Source of the DNA: Syntrophobacterales bacterium
GTDB taxonomy: Bacteria; Desulfobacterota; Syntrophobacteria; BM002
Assembly: GCA_050123975.1 (NCBI GenBank)
Contig: JASFGC010000003.1
Span: forward strand, 1-35,826
DNA: 35,826 nucleotides
Direction of reading: 5' to 3'
The notes beneath the pieces are model-generated. The model saw only the letters and a program-made list of their open reading frames with translations, ran no database searches and was not told the origin of the DNA. This document shows, piece by piece, positions 1 to 7,998 of this stretch. The position numbers were made by a program, and so were the translations under genes. Numbering within the stretch: position 1 is the first letter of the stretch; the number at the start of each line of letters is the position of its first letter.

Positions 1-440
1 GTCGGCCCGGATACCGTTCCGATCCTTTTTCTGAAATGCGGCGTTTACAGCGTGAGATGCATAGAATTTACAATACCCTCGCCGGCACACATGAGGGTTC
101 GAGAGCAGCCGGAGTCTATCCACATCTGAACATTACAGAAGACGAGGATAATTACTATGTTAGGGCGGAACTGCCGGGAGTGAATCCTGAAGACATTGAA
201 ATTACTACGAAGAATAATGATCTGATTATCAACGGCGAGAGAAAAATTCCCCCTGAGGGTGAAAACGTCTCGTATCACCGCAGAGAGCGGGAGGCCGGCA
301 GTTTCAGACGTATTACCTCGCTGCCCACTCATTTTGACACCACTAAAGTTGACGCGGTCTGCAAGAATGGGCTACTTACCGTTACTTTGCCCAAGGCTCC
401 GGCAGCCAAAGCTCGAAAAATAGATGTCAAGCCCGCCTGA
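1..440 (+). CDS. Hsp20/alpha-crystallin small heat shock protein (5' end probably outside the window)
   Basis: Motifs YP.LNI.ED...YYVRAELPGV, F.R...LP and NGLLTVTLPK. The frame is open from base 3 (RPGYRSDPFSE-M36), so the true start may lie upstream. Confidence 0.95.
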   Translation, partial: RPGYRSDPFSEMRRLQREMHRIYNTLAGTHEGSRAAGVYPHLNITEDEDNYYVRAELPGVNPEDIEITTKNNDLIINGERKIPPEGENVSYHRREREAGSFRRITSLPTHFDTTKVDAVCKNGLLTVTLPKAPAAKARKIDVKPA

Positions 441-476
441 ATCAAGGACGACGATATTTTAGAGGAGGTAAAGGGA

Positions 477-878
477 ATGACTGATAAAGAACTTCAGGTT
501 CGAGACAAACGGGAACTGGAGAGCGAAGCTGAACGAACGAGACCTGGTCCTGCTTTCGTGCCGGCGGTAGATATTTTTGAGTCCGAGGCGGAGATCACCC
601 TGTTGGCCGATATGCCCGGGGTGGCCAGTGAGAATGTCAGTATCGATTTGCATGAAAACCAGCTAACCGTCTCAGGTGAAGTGGAACCACTGACGTCCGA
701 AAAAGAGGAATACCTGCTCCAAGAGTTCGAGACCGGGACCTTTCACCGTCAATTCACCCTATCGGATCGAATTGATCAGAACGCCATAACAGCTACTGTC
801 AAAGACGGTGTTCTCAGGCTCGTGCTGCCCAAGGCGGAGAAGGCCAAGCCAAGGAAGATTGAAGTAAAAGCTGGTTAG
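477..878 (+). CDS. Hsp20/alpha-crystallin small heat shock protein (second of a tandem pair)
   Basis: PAVDIFE..ADMPGV..FHRQFTL..DGVLRLVLPK..KIEV; GAGGAGG RBS upstream. Confidence 0.95.
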   Translation: MTDKELQVRDKRELESEAERTRPGPAFVPAVDIFESEAEITLLADMPGVASENVSIDLHENQLTVSGEVEPLTSEKEEYLLQEFETGTFHRQFTLSDRIDQNAITATVKDGVLRLVLPKAEKAKPRKIEVKAG

Positions 879-895
879 TTGTTGGGAGCCACTCT

Positions 896-1387
896 ATGAC
901 AGTCTCTCCAACCGATATTCGAAATATTCTCTTCGTCTGTGCCGGCAACATCTGCCGCAGCCCTATGGCTGAATGGCAACTGAAAGCCCTTCTGTGGGAA
1001 AAACCCATCCCTGGCTTGGAGGTAGGCTCTGCAGGTCTCATTGCCCTCCCCGGTAACTCAGCATCTCTCAATGCCGTGCGTGTGGCTAGACAGAATTCCA
1101 TCTCGCTGGCAGAGCACAAAGCGCGCCCTATCACTACAGAACTCATCGATAACGCCGACCTGGTTTTGGTCATGGAGTCGCACCAGGGCCATGAATTGAT
1201 AGCCGACCACCCCCAAGCCGCCGAGAAGATTCTCCTCCTCCGTCATTTCGCCCGCTACGGTTCTCGTGAGCGGGGCATAAGTGATCCGTACGGTCGAAAC
1301 CCAGAAGCCTACCGGTTTTGTTTCGAGGACATCAAAGAGTGTGTGGAGTCATTGCACGAATGGCTCCTCGAAGCCAGGCAATTATAA
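896..1387 (+). CDS. Low-molecular-weight protein-tyrosine phosphatase family protein
   Basis: P-loop CAGNICRS, SAG motif, DLVLVME and DPYG. Confidence 0.93.
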   Translation: MTVSPTDIRNILFVCAGNICRSPMAEWQLKALLWEKPIPGLEVGSAGLIALPGNSASLNAVRVARQNSISLAEHKARPITTELIDNADLVLVMESHQGHELIADHPQAAEKILLLRHFARYGSRERGISDPYGRNPEAYRFCFEDIKECVESLHEWLLEARQL

Positions 1388-1408
1388 CTTCTCAATAGGG
1401 GTAGATTC

Positions 1409-1660
1409 CCAAATTCGCAATATGCAATCCAGAATCAAAAATCCCAAATCTCAAGCACTAAATCTCAGGGTTTCAGGTGTCAGGTGTCAGGTGTCAGAAA
1501 AAAATCAAAAAGCTGAAACCTTAATTCTGGATTCTGGATTCTGACCTCTAATCTCCGTCTCACCGTTTCTCCGCGCCTGCCCGCCATCGGCTTCGCCTTC
1601 AGGCGAGGCGGGCGGGTCCCCGCGTCATCTTGTTGTGCCCAGTGCGTAGTGCGTAGTGCC
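1409..1660. repeat. Compound intergenic repeat: heptamer arrays (AATCYVA, TCAGGTG, TTCTGGA, AGTGCGT), octamers, and an inserted 41-bp hairpin (1576-1616)
   Basis: Read directly. 1543-1660 resembles 13861-13945 in reverse complement. 1440-1497 resembles 33130-33180. Confidence 0.85.
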
Positions 1661-1713
1661 CTGTTGGCTTTTCGCGCTTTGTGTTCACTACCTACTGTGG
1701 TACATTCCCCACT

Positions 1714-2169
1714 ATGACTCAAAAGGACCCATCCCAATACCAGTATCGCTTTTTCCATCCCATCCATGTTCGATTTATTGAGACGGACCAGCAGGGGCAT
1801 GTCTTTTTCGGCCACTTCCTAACCTATTTCGATGTAGCCCTCACTGAGTACCTGAAAGCAATTGGCTACGGCTATGACAAGTTTCTAGAGGCCGGAGTCG
1901 ATTTTTATTACGTGGAATCACTCTGCCAGTACCATGACCGGGCGTTTTTTGACGAGATCCTCCATGTCCATGCCCGGATCGGAAAAATCGGCAATTCCAG
2001 CTTCACCTTCGAATTCTCCATCTTCGAGCCCGAAGATCAACGGTTCATTGCTACCGGTCATATTGTTGCGGTGGCAGTGGATCCGGCAACCACCAAACCC
2101 ATTCGGGCACCAGAAAGTCTCCGCCAAGCCGTTGATCTTTTCGAGGGAACTGACGCCAAAGAATCTTAA
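1714..2169 (+). CDS. Acyl-CoA thioesterase, YbgC/FadM hotdog family
   Basis: VRF.ETDQQGHVFF..FL.YF and IG.SSFTFEF motifs. ATG at 1714 preferred over GTG at 1681. Confidence 0.9.
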   Translation: MTQKDPSQYQYRFFHPIHVRFIETDQQGHVFFGHFLTYFDVALTEYLKAIGYGYDKFLEAGVDFYYVESLCQYHDRAFFDEILHVHARIGKIGNSSFTFEFSIFEPEDQRFIATGHIVAVAVDPATTKPIRAPESLRQAVDLFEGTDAKES

Positions 2170-2297
2170 CTTTTCCCAGCCTAATTTCTGGACAAATGAA
2201 ATATCCGGGTTAAGACTTCTCCACCATTGATACGTCGATTATAATCCTTGGATACCGTATCTTTCCGGATAGCAGGGTAATTTTCTTTTCCCAATCG

Positions 2298-2423
2298 TGT
2301 CCATCCAAAAGAGTGCTATTGTCACTCTGAGTGAAACGAAGAGTCTCCTGAAAAAGGGAACAACGAGATTCTTCGTCGTCCACGACTTGCGGGACTCTTC
2401 AGAATGACACTCTTTTGAAGACA
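2298..2423. repeat. REP-like nested palindromic element
   Basis: Inverted pairs caaaagagtg/cactcttttg, tgtcactctga/tcagaatgaca and cgaagagtctc/gagattcttcg. Confidence 0.7.
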
Positions 2424-2471
2424 TTTGACCATTGACATTAAGTGGATTTCAACAAGGGAGGGAGCCAACTG

Positions 2472-3170
2472 ATGATCTTAGGGATTTGCGGGAGTTCCCG
2501 CAAAGAAAAAACATCTGGTGTGTATACACTTGTCAATACTGTCCTGGAAGCAACTGGCATAGATTACGAGTTCGTTCACCTGCGAAAGAAGCAGATCTCC
2601 GGATGTATTGCCTGTCTTGGCTGCGTCAAAGACAACGTCTGCAAGGTGGAAGACGACCTTACTCCCCTGCGGGAAAAGATCGTCGAGGCTGATGGTTACG
2701 TCATTGGCGCCCCTAACTACTACTCGGGGATGAACGCCACCACCCATGCCTTCTTGGAGAGATGGTTTCAATTCCGACACCAAGAAGGTGATCTCCTGTG
2801 GGGCAAGTTGGGAGTTGCCGTGGGTGTAGGGGGTACTGAAGGCCACTACCCGGCGGATGATATAGAGAAGTTTTTCCTTTACAACTTTATTGAAACGGTA
2901 GCCAAAGTTCCGGGCCAAGGTGCCGCCAGTTGTTATTCCTGTGGTTATGGTGAGACCTGTAAAGTTGGTATCCCCTACTTTCTCCATGGCGAAGGTGTAA
3001 AGATTACTGAGGACATCATTCCGGATGTGAGTAAACAACCAGAAGTGATGCAAGCGGCGGTTGCAGCCGGGAAGAAGTTGGGACAGCGTCTGCGACAGGG
3101 ACACGATCGAATGCAGGTGACCCAAAAGATGCAAGCGGTAATGATGGAGAAGTTCGAAGGATCCGCATAA
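2472..3170 (+). CDS. Flavodoxin-family iron-sulfur flavoprotein / NADPH-dependent FMN reductase
   Basis: ILGICGSSRK N-terminus, CIACLGC-x5-C cluster motif, GAPNYY and an extra CYSCG-x4-C. RBS GGGAGGGA before ATG 2472. Confidence 0.88.
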   Translation: MILGICGSSRKEKTSGVYTLVNTVLEATGIDYEFVHLRKKQISGCIACLGCVKDNVCKVEDDLTPLREKIVEADGYVIGAPNYYSGMNATTHAFLERWFQFRHQEGDLLWGKLGVAVGVGGTEGHYPADDIEKFFLYNFIETVAKVPGQGAASCYSCGYGETCKVGIPYFLHGEGVKITEDIIPDVSKQPEVMQAAVAAGKKLGQRLRQGHDRMQVTQKMQAVMMEKFEGSA

Positions 3171-3351
3171 CCCGGATATTTCATGAATCATCTGCTGCGA
3201 CGGCGAATATCATCGTCCTTCCGTGCGTCCTCGGGTGTCGGATACTACGACGTACTACTCAAGTACGCCTCGGATCCAACCCCCTGCGCTTGCACGGTGG
3301 GACAACGACCTTCACCGTCTCACGACGACAATTCATAAAATATCCGGGCTA
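3168..3351. mobile_element. MITE/REPIN-like element with ~21-bp terminal inverted repeats
   Basis: taacccggatatttcatgaat (3168-3188) versus attcataaaatatccgggcta (3331-3351). Internal core cgtac-N7-gtacgcctc at 3251-3271. Solo TIR copies at 2196-2212 and 31204-31221. Confidence 0.7.
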
Positions 3352-3602
3352 GTAGTTTTTCCTATTGACAATTGATATATCGACCATATCTTACGCTAAA
3401 TCTTAGAGCCCTGCTTACAACAATTATCACCAAAAGATCAGACGGAAATATACAATTGCTACTTTGGTCCATTGCAGTAAAATGGCCCATGAGATTTAAA
3501 CAGTCGTGCTTTAGTAAAACATAGACCATTGTTCTCTAAACATTGTAGCCAGACTTAACGAACAGGCCATTTTCAGTTGGCTGTAAAGACAAGGAGGGAG
3601 TT

Positions 3603-4433
3603 ATGGATTTCAGCAACATTTTGCCTAAGCTGCAAGAACTCTTAGCTTTCTATGGACTCAAGATTGTAGCAGCCATACTAGTATTCATCGTGGGTCGCTG
3701 GGTTGCACGGGCTCTCAAGAGACTTGCGGTAAGAATGATGACGAAAGCCGAAGTCGACGACACGCTCATCTCTTTTGTCGGCAACCTGACGTACATTGTC
3801 CTGCTGGTATTCGTCATCATCGCAGCTATCAATCAACTCGGGATTCAAACCACTTCATTCATTGCCGTCATCGGTGCCGCCGGTCTGGCTATTGGTTTGG
3901 CCTTGCAAGGCTCCCTGGCAAACTTTGCCGCTGGTGTCCTCATGATTATATTTCGCCCGTTCAAGGTGGGTGACTTCGTCGAGGCTGCCGGGGTTGCCGG
4001 CGTTGTTGAAGCGGTCCAGATTTTCACCACCCAACTCAAAACCCCGGACAACAAAACAATAATCATTCCCAACGCCAGTGTGACAGGAGGTAGCATCACA
4101 AATTATTCGGCCAAAGATACCAGGCGGGTGGATATGGTGATCGGTGTTGGCTATGGTGATGACCTCAAGAAAGTCAGAGAGATCCTGGAAGACATTCTTG
4201 CCAAAGACGATCGAATTCTTAAGGATCCCGAACCCACAATCGGTGTCCTGGAGCTGGCAGACAATAGTGTCAACTTCGCAGTACGACCGTGGGTAAAGTC
4301 TGAAGACTACTGGGGCGTTTATTTTGATACGACTGAGACAGTCAAGAGACGTTTTGACGATGAGGGTATCTCTATTCCCTACCCGCAGCGGGATGTGCAT
4401 CTGTACGAGTACAAAGAAGCGGCAGTGCAATAG
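3603..4433 (+). CDS. mscS: Small-conductance mechanosensitive channel
   Basis: GAAGLAIGLALQGSLANFAAG, RPFKVGD and IPYPQRDVH motifs; AGGAGG RBS. Confidence 0.95.
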   Translation: MDFSNILPKLQELLAFYGLKIVAAILVFIVGRWVARALKRLAVRMMTKAEVDDTLISFVGNLTYIVLLVFVIIAAINQLGIQTTSFIAVIGAAGLAIGLALQGSLANFAAGVLMIIFRPFKVGDFVEAAGVAGVVEAVQIFTTQLKTPDNKTIIIPNASVTGGSITNYSAKDTRRVDMVIGVGYGDDLKKVREILEDILAKDDRILKDPEPTIGVLELADNSVNFAVRPWVKSEDYWGVYFDTTETVKRRFDDEGISIPYPQRDVHLYEYKEAAVQ

Positions 4434-4525
4434 GAGATACAGTCCGCCCTAATCAAACATTTAGGGGAGCTTTGTTGTTTGCTGAAAAAACCTATGGTGA
4501 ACCCTGTTTCGCCGAAAATTATAGT

Positions 4526-4790
4526 TCCCCTCCCCTGGTGGGAGGGGATTAAGCCTGCCCGCCATCGCGAGCCTGCTCGCTCAGGCGAGGCGGGCGGGGG
4601 GAGGGGGATATAAACGATTGCAAATAACTCCTTTTCACCCTCACCCCAACCGTTCGGCTGAGCCTTTCGGCAGTGAGCTCAAGGCCGAACTGCTCACGGC
4701 CGAAGCCCTCTCCCGTTCCCGCGACAAGACCTGTCGACGAGCTCAGGTCGAGTCGCTCGGGATCTACGACAAGGGAAAGGGAGAGGGGGC
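4526..4790. repeat. CCCCTCCC...GGGAGGGG / CACCCTCACCCC...GGGAGAGGG repeat pair carrying nested short hairpin insertions
   Basis: Inserts at 4554-4598, 4651-4705 (inner 4663-4692) and about 4717-4769 (inner 4729-4755). Confidence 0.8.
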
Positions 4791-4869
4791 TTTGTTGTCT
4801 TTCATGAATAGAGGATATGTGGACGATCCCTCTGGAGTTGAAGGAGTGTGAAAAGTTAGGAAGTTTATT

Positions 4870-5274
4870 ATGGCTTCATCCACACCGATCGACATTGAGG
4901 AGTTGCTTGAAAAACTCACTGAAGCAGTGGCCGATTGGGAAGATTCACCCTACTACCTGAAAGATGAAGAGCTTTTTGACCTTGAAAGATTCTTGTTGGA
5001 TCAAGACGCGAGCGAGTTTAAAACAAAACTTGAAAAGATCTACGGTCAGCCACTGAATGAAAAATTCTGGTCATCTTCCCTTGCCTATCAGCGGCTGAAA
5101 CGTACCCGGGCGGTTGTTAAGGATCAAGACGACCTTCAGGAAAAAAAACGACAGGATTACGCTCGTGCAGTAGAGGAAGGCCAAAAGGAATGGCAGCTAT
5201 GGCTGAAGGAAATCAGAAGCAGTCAACTCCGAGCCCACTTTAAAGTAATCCCCGGCGGGAAAAAAAATGATTAA
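4870..5274 (+). CDS. Hypothetical protein (helical, charged)
   Basis: 134-aa ORF with AGGA upstream and natural composition; ends RAHFKVIPGGKKND. Confidence 0.75.
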   Translation: MASSTPIDIEELLEKLTEAVADWEDSPYYLKDEELFDLERFLLDQDASEFKTKLEKIYGQPLNEKFWSSSLAYQRLKRTRAVVKDQDDLQEKKRQDYARAVEEGQKEWQLWLKEIRSSQLRAHFKVIPGGKKND

Positions 5275-5363
5275 CCGCAGAGATCGCCGAGAGCGCAGAG
5301 AATTAAAATTATGACATCATGAGTCTTCATACTCTCTGCGTCCTCTGCGTTCTCGGCGGTGAA
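5272..5363. repeat. Inverted pair of 9-mer arrays (CGCAGAG type)
   Basis: aaccgcagagatcgccgagagcgcagag ... ctctgcgtcctctgcgttctcggcggt; begins at the TAA of the upstream gene. Confidence 0.8.
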
Positions 5364-5366
5364 CAT

Positions 5367-5415
5367 AAAAACGGCAGGCTGGAGGGACCTACTGTCGCCT
5401 CAATGACCTGCCGTT
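5367..5415 (-). terminator. Possible intrinsic terminator for the small Cys-rich gene
   Basis: Minus strand reads aacggcagg...cctgccgttttt, 15 nt after the stop at 5430; the loop is long. Confidence 0.45.
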
Positions 5416-5429
5416 GATTTGAGGAACTA

Positions 5430-5651
5430 TTATCCGATGGGAGTAGGTGCACAAAGGTGGCCTTCCTCCATAGCCACCCTGCCACAGCCGGAGCAGGAAT
5501 ACTTCATCGCTGCCAGCTTATCTTTGCACATGTGCTTGGTATCTGTCTCAGGAGTGCCGCAAAAGTTGCACTTGGCCGCATCTCCACATGGGTTACACAG
5601 ATGTCCAGGTGCGTCGGCCACCGCCCCACAGTTTTTACATGTATAAGCCAT
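5430..5651 (-). CDS. Small (73 aa) Cys/His-rich putative metal-binding protein with three CxxCG-x7-HxC repeats
   Basis: CKNCG..HLC, CNFCG..HMC and CSGCG..HLC; RBS AAAGGAGA before ATG 5651. Confidence 0.85.
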   Translation of the reverse strand: MAYTCKNCGAVADAPGHLCNPCGDAAKCNFCGTPETDTKHMCKDKLAAMKYSCSGCGRVAMEEGHLCAPTPIG

Positions 5652-5755
5652 ATCTGTTCTCCTTTCGCAGGTTACAATTCTATTCCTGTAACGTTCTTCC
5701 ACCGCTTTAATCTTTTCTATGCAATAAGTACGAAAGCATAAATGTCAACCCGAAA

Positions 5756-5895
5756 CATTTCACATTTTGCATTGCTAATTTCTCATTTATCAATGAAAAC
5801 ATAACAACTGAGAATGAAACTGCGTTAGCACTGAAACAAAATTAACGAATGCTAATTGTGAAATGCTAAATGAGAGATGCGAAATGTGAAATGCT
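5756..5895. repeat. Inverted pair of heptamer arrays (CATTTCA / AAATGYK)
   Basis: catttcacattttgcattgctaatttctcattt ... aatgctaattgtgaaatgctaaatgagagatgcgaaatgtgaaatg. Confidence 0.75.
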
Positions 5896-5896
5896 C

Positions 5897-5912
5897 TGGC
5901 TTAATTATTGCA
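5897..5912 (+). promoter_or_regulatory. Sigma54 -24/-12 promoter
   Basis: TGGCTTAATTATTGCA = GG-N10-GC with TTGCA, about 80 nt upstream of ATG 5994. Confidence 0.65.
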
Positions 5913-5993
5913 AACCCATGGTCTCAATCTTAGGTCTGGCAACGGCAAGGTTTGTCTGGGCCCAAGCTTGACTGATGGAGAAGGAGAAGAGTT

Positions 5994-6497
5994 ATGCTCA
6001 CTAAGGAAAAGGTCGCAGATATTTTCAAAAGTATGGTGCGGATATTTCCCGGTATGCCCTCCTATCTAGAACGCGAGGGACTGCGGGCCCAAGATAAGGT
6101 CATCCGCACTCAATTGGCCTCGCGCATCACAGAGCAGGGAGAGCGGGTTGGAGAAATAACGGCTACGCTTACCAATAGAGCTATGCTGAAGCCCTTGGCC
6201 AATCTGGACAGGCTTACTCGAAAGTTGATGCGATTGGCGGATACCATCCGCTTTGCCAGTTACGGCTATGGAGGCCTTTTCGCAGCAACACCGGTAGATG
6301 AGCAAAAGCTTGCAGAACTCTATGACTATGATCTTTCACTACACCAAGAAGTGGAAGAACTCGCAGTAGCCGTCAGCAGCCTACAGCATCGTGAAGATGA
6401 TGAGTGGGAGAAAACCCCTCTCGATGACATCCAAAAACTTGTAAATCGTTTGGAAGAAAGGATCACCAACCGGCAATCCATCTTCACTCAAAACTAG
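5994..6497 (+). CDS. Conserved-looking alpha-helical hypothetical protein, first gene of the SPFH cluster
   Basis: GGAGAAGGAGA RBS; motifs FPG..SY.E.E..R..DK..R and A.YGY.GLF......L..LY.YD. Confidence 0.85.
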   Translation: MLTKEKVADIFKSMVRIFPGMPSYLEREGLRAQDKVIRTQLASRITEQGERVGEITATLTNRAMLKPLANLDRLTRKLMRLADTIRFASYGYGGLFAATPVDEQKLAELYDYDLSLHQEVEELAVAVSSLQHREDDEWEKTPLDDIQKLVNRLEERITNRQSIFTQN

Positions 6498-6653
6498 TCG
6501 GTGGTCTAAAGAGCATAGGGCATAGGGCATGGAGCATGGGGTACTGGACGAAAAAAAGAACTTTATACCCTCTACTCTATGCGACATGCTGCGAACGAAG
6601 TGAGCAGTAATGGACTATGAACAATTGATATTTCGTAATAGAAGGAGCAGGCC

Positions 6654-7775
6654 ATGGCCGTTTTCTTGGAAGTCATAGAATGGTTTGACGAAACCGGTCG
6701 CACCATGATGCATCGTATTCCTGAGCAAGGATCGGCAGAGATCAAGTTTGGTGCCCAGTTGGTTGTTCGCGAAAGTCAGGCTGCTATTTTTTTTCGGGAC
6801 GGCAAAGCCTATGACATTCTTGGACCCGGCCGGCATACCCTGTCGACTCTGAATCTGCCTCTGATAACCAAGGCCCTGAGCTTACCTTTTGGCTTTAAGA
6901 GCCCTTTTCGGGTTGAAATCTATTTTGCCAACACCAAGATTTTCACCCACCTGAAATGGGGAACCAAAGAGCCGGTTGCCTTCAAAGACGCCGAACTTGG
7001 TCTTGTCCGTCTGCGCGGCTTTGGCACGTACACCATGCGTATCAGCCAGCCCTTGCTGCTGATCAATACACTTGTTGGAACACAGGGAATTTATGGTACC
7101 GAGGAAATAGAAGATTTTCTCCGTGACGTAATCGTCAGCCGCGTCAACGACCTCTTGGGTGAAATGTTGGACACTGTTTTCAACTTACCGGCCTACTACG
7201 ACGAGTTGGGCGCTGCCATCAAGAGCAGGGTCCATGAAGACTTCGCCCGCTACGGTATTACCCTCCTCGACTTCTATATCAATAACATTACGCCCCCGGC
7301 CGAGGTGCAGAAAATGATCGATGCCAAGGCTGGCATGCAGGCAGTGGGCGATCTGGATAGTTTTATGAAATTTAAAGCGGCCAAGGCCATGGGTGATGCT
7401 GCCACGGCGGAAGGGGCCGGAGGAGATGCAGCAAGTGGCATGGGTTTGGGCCTGGGCGCTGGCCTTGGCATGCTCATTCCCGGCATGCTTCAAAAGACCA
7501 TGCAGGAGGGCCACCTGCCCGCCACCAAAAAGATGGATTGTCCAGCATGCCAGGCGCAGATCCCCATGGATGCTCGTTTCTGTTCAAACTGTGGCCATCA
7601 GATCGTTACCATCAATAAGTGTCTTCAGTGCGATAACGATCTTCCCGCCGGCGCCAACTTTTGCATGAGTTGTGGTACCAAGGTCGAGAAGAAATCAAAG
7701 AAATGTACTAAATGCGGGTATGAGGCACTACCGGAGGCCAATTTTTGTAACGAGTGTGGGGAGAAACTGCCATAG
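6654..7775 (+). CDS. SPFH/band-7 domain protein (YdjI-like) with three C-terminal zinc ribbons
   Basis: GAQLVVRESQAAIFFRDGK...GPGRHTLST.NLP, KWGT.EP, V.LRGFG, GMGLGLGAG and three CxxC-x10-CxxC units; AAGGAG RBS. Confidence 0.92.
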   Translation: MAVFLEVIEWFDETGRTMMHRIPEQGSAEIKFGAQLVVRESQAAIFFRDGKAYDILGPGRHTLSTLNLPLITKALSLPFGFKSPFRVEIYFANTKIFTHLKWGTKEPVAFKDAELGLVRLRGFGTYTMRISQPLLLINTLVGTQGIYGTEEIEDFLRDVIVSRVNDLLGEMLDTVFNLPAYYDELGAAIKSRVHEDFARYGITLLDFYINNITPPAEVQKMIDAKAGMQAVGDLDSFMKFKAAKAMGDAATAEGAGGDAASGMGLGLGAGLGMLIPGMLQKTMQEGHLPATKKMDCPACQAQIPMDARFCSNCGHQIVTINKCLQCDNDLPAGANFCMSCGTKVEKKSKKCTKCGYEALPEANFCNECGEKLP

Positions 7776-7864
7776 CTCCAGCCAGCGCCCCTGACTCTGA
7801 AGGCTAGACACCTGGATTCCGAGCAACATATGAACTGGGGCGGAGTCGTATTGGAGCTATGGCA

Positions 7865-7962
7865 ATTGCGGATTGGGGAATGCGGATTGTGGAGTTCTAA
7901 TTGAGCCTTAAATTTGTGTTTCAGTTTTTTCAATCCGAAATCCGAAATCCGAAATCCGAAAT
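7865..7962. repeat. Inverted pair of heptamer arrays (ATTGCGG / AATCCGA x4)
   Basis: attgcggattggggaatgcggattgtgga ... aatccgaaatccgaaatccgaaatccgaaat. Confidence 0.8.
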
Positions 7963-7998
7963 CTCCGTGGCTTATATACTTCTCAGGTTATCACCCTC

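Noticed and set aside
896-1387. YwlE-type arginine phosphatase or arsenate reductase
   Set aside because: The P-loop is CAGNICRS (Ile, not Thr or Ser). No mcsB or ars genes are nearby.
2478-3191. 237-aa antisense ORF; also 3855-4430, 12058-12615 and 17045-17581
   Set aside because: Shadow ORFs opposite well-supported genes, with no motifs.
5430-5651. Multiheme cytochrome c
   Set aside because: The motifs are CxxCG, not CxxCH, and there is no signal peptide.
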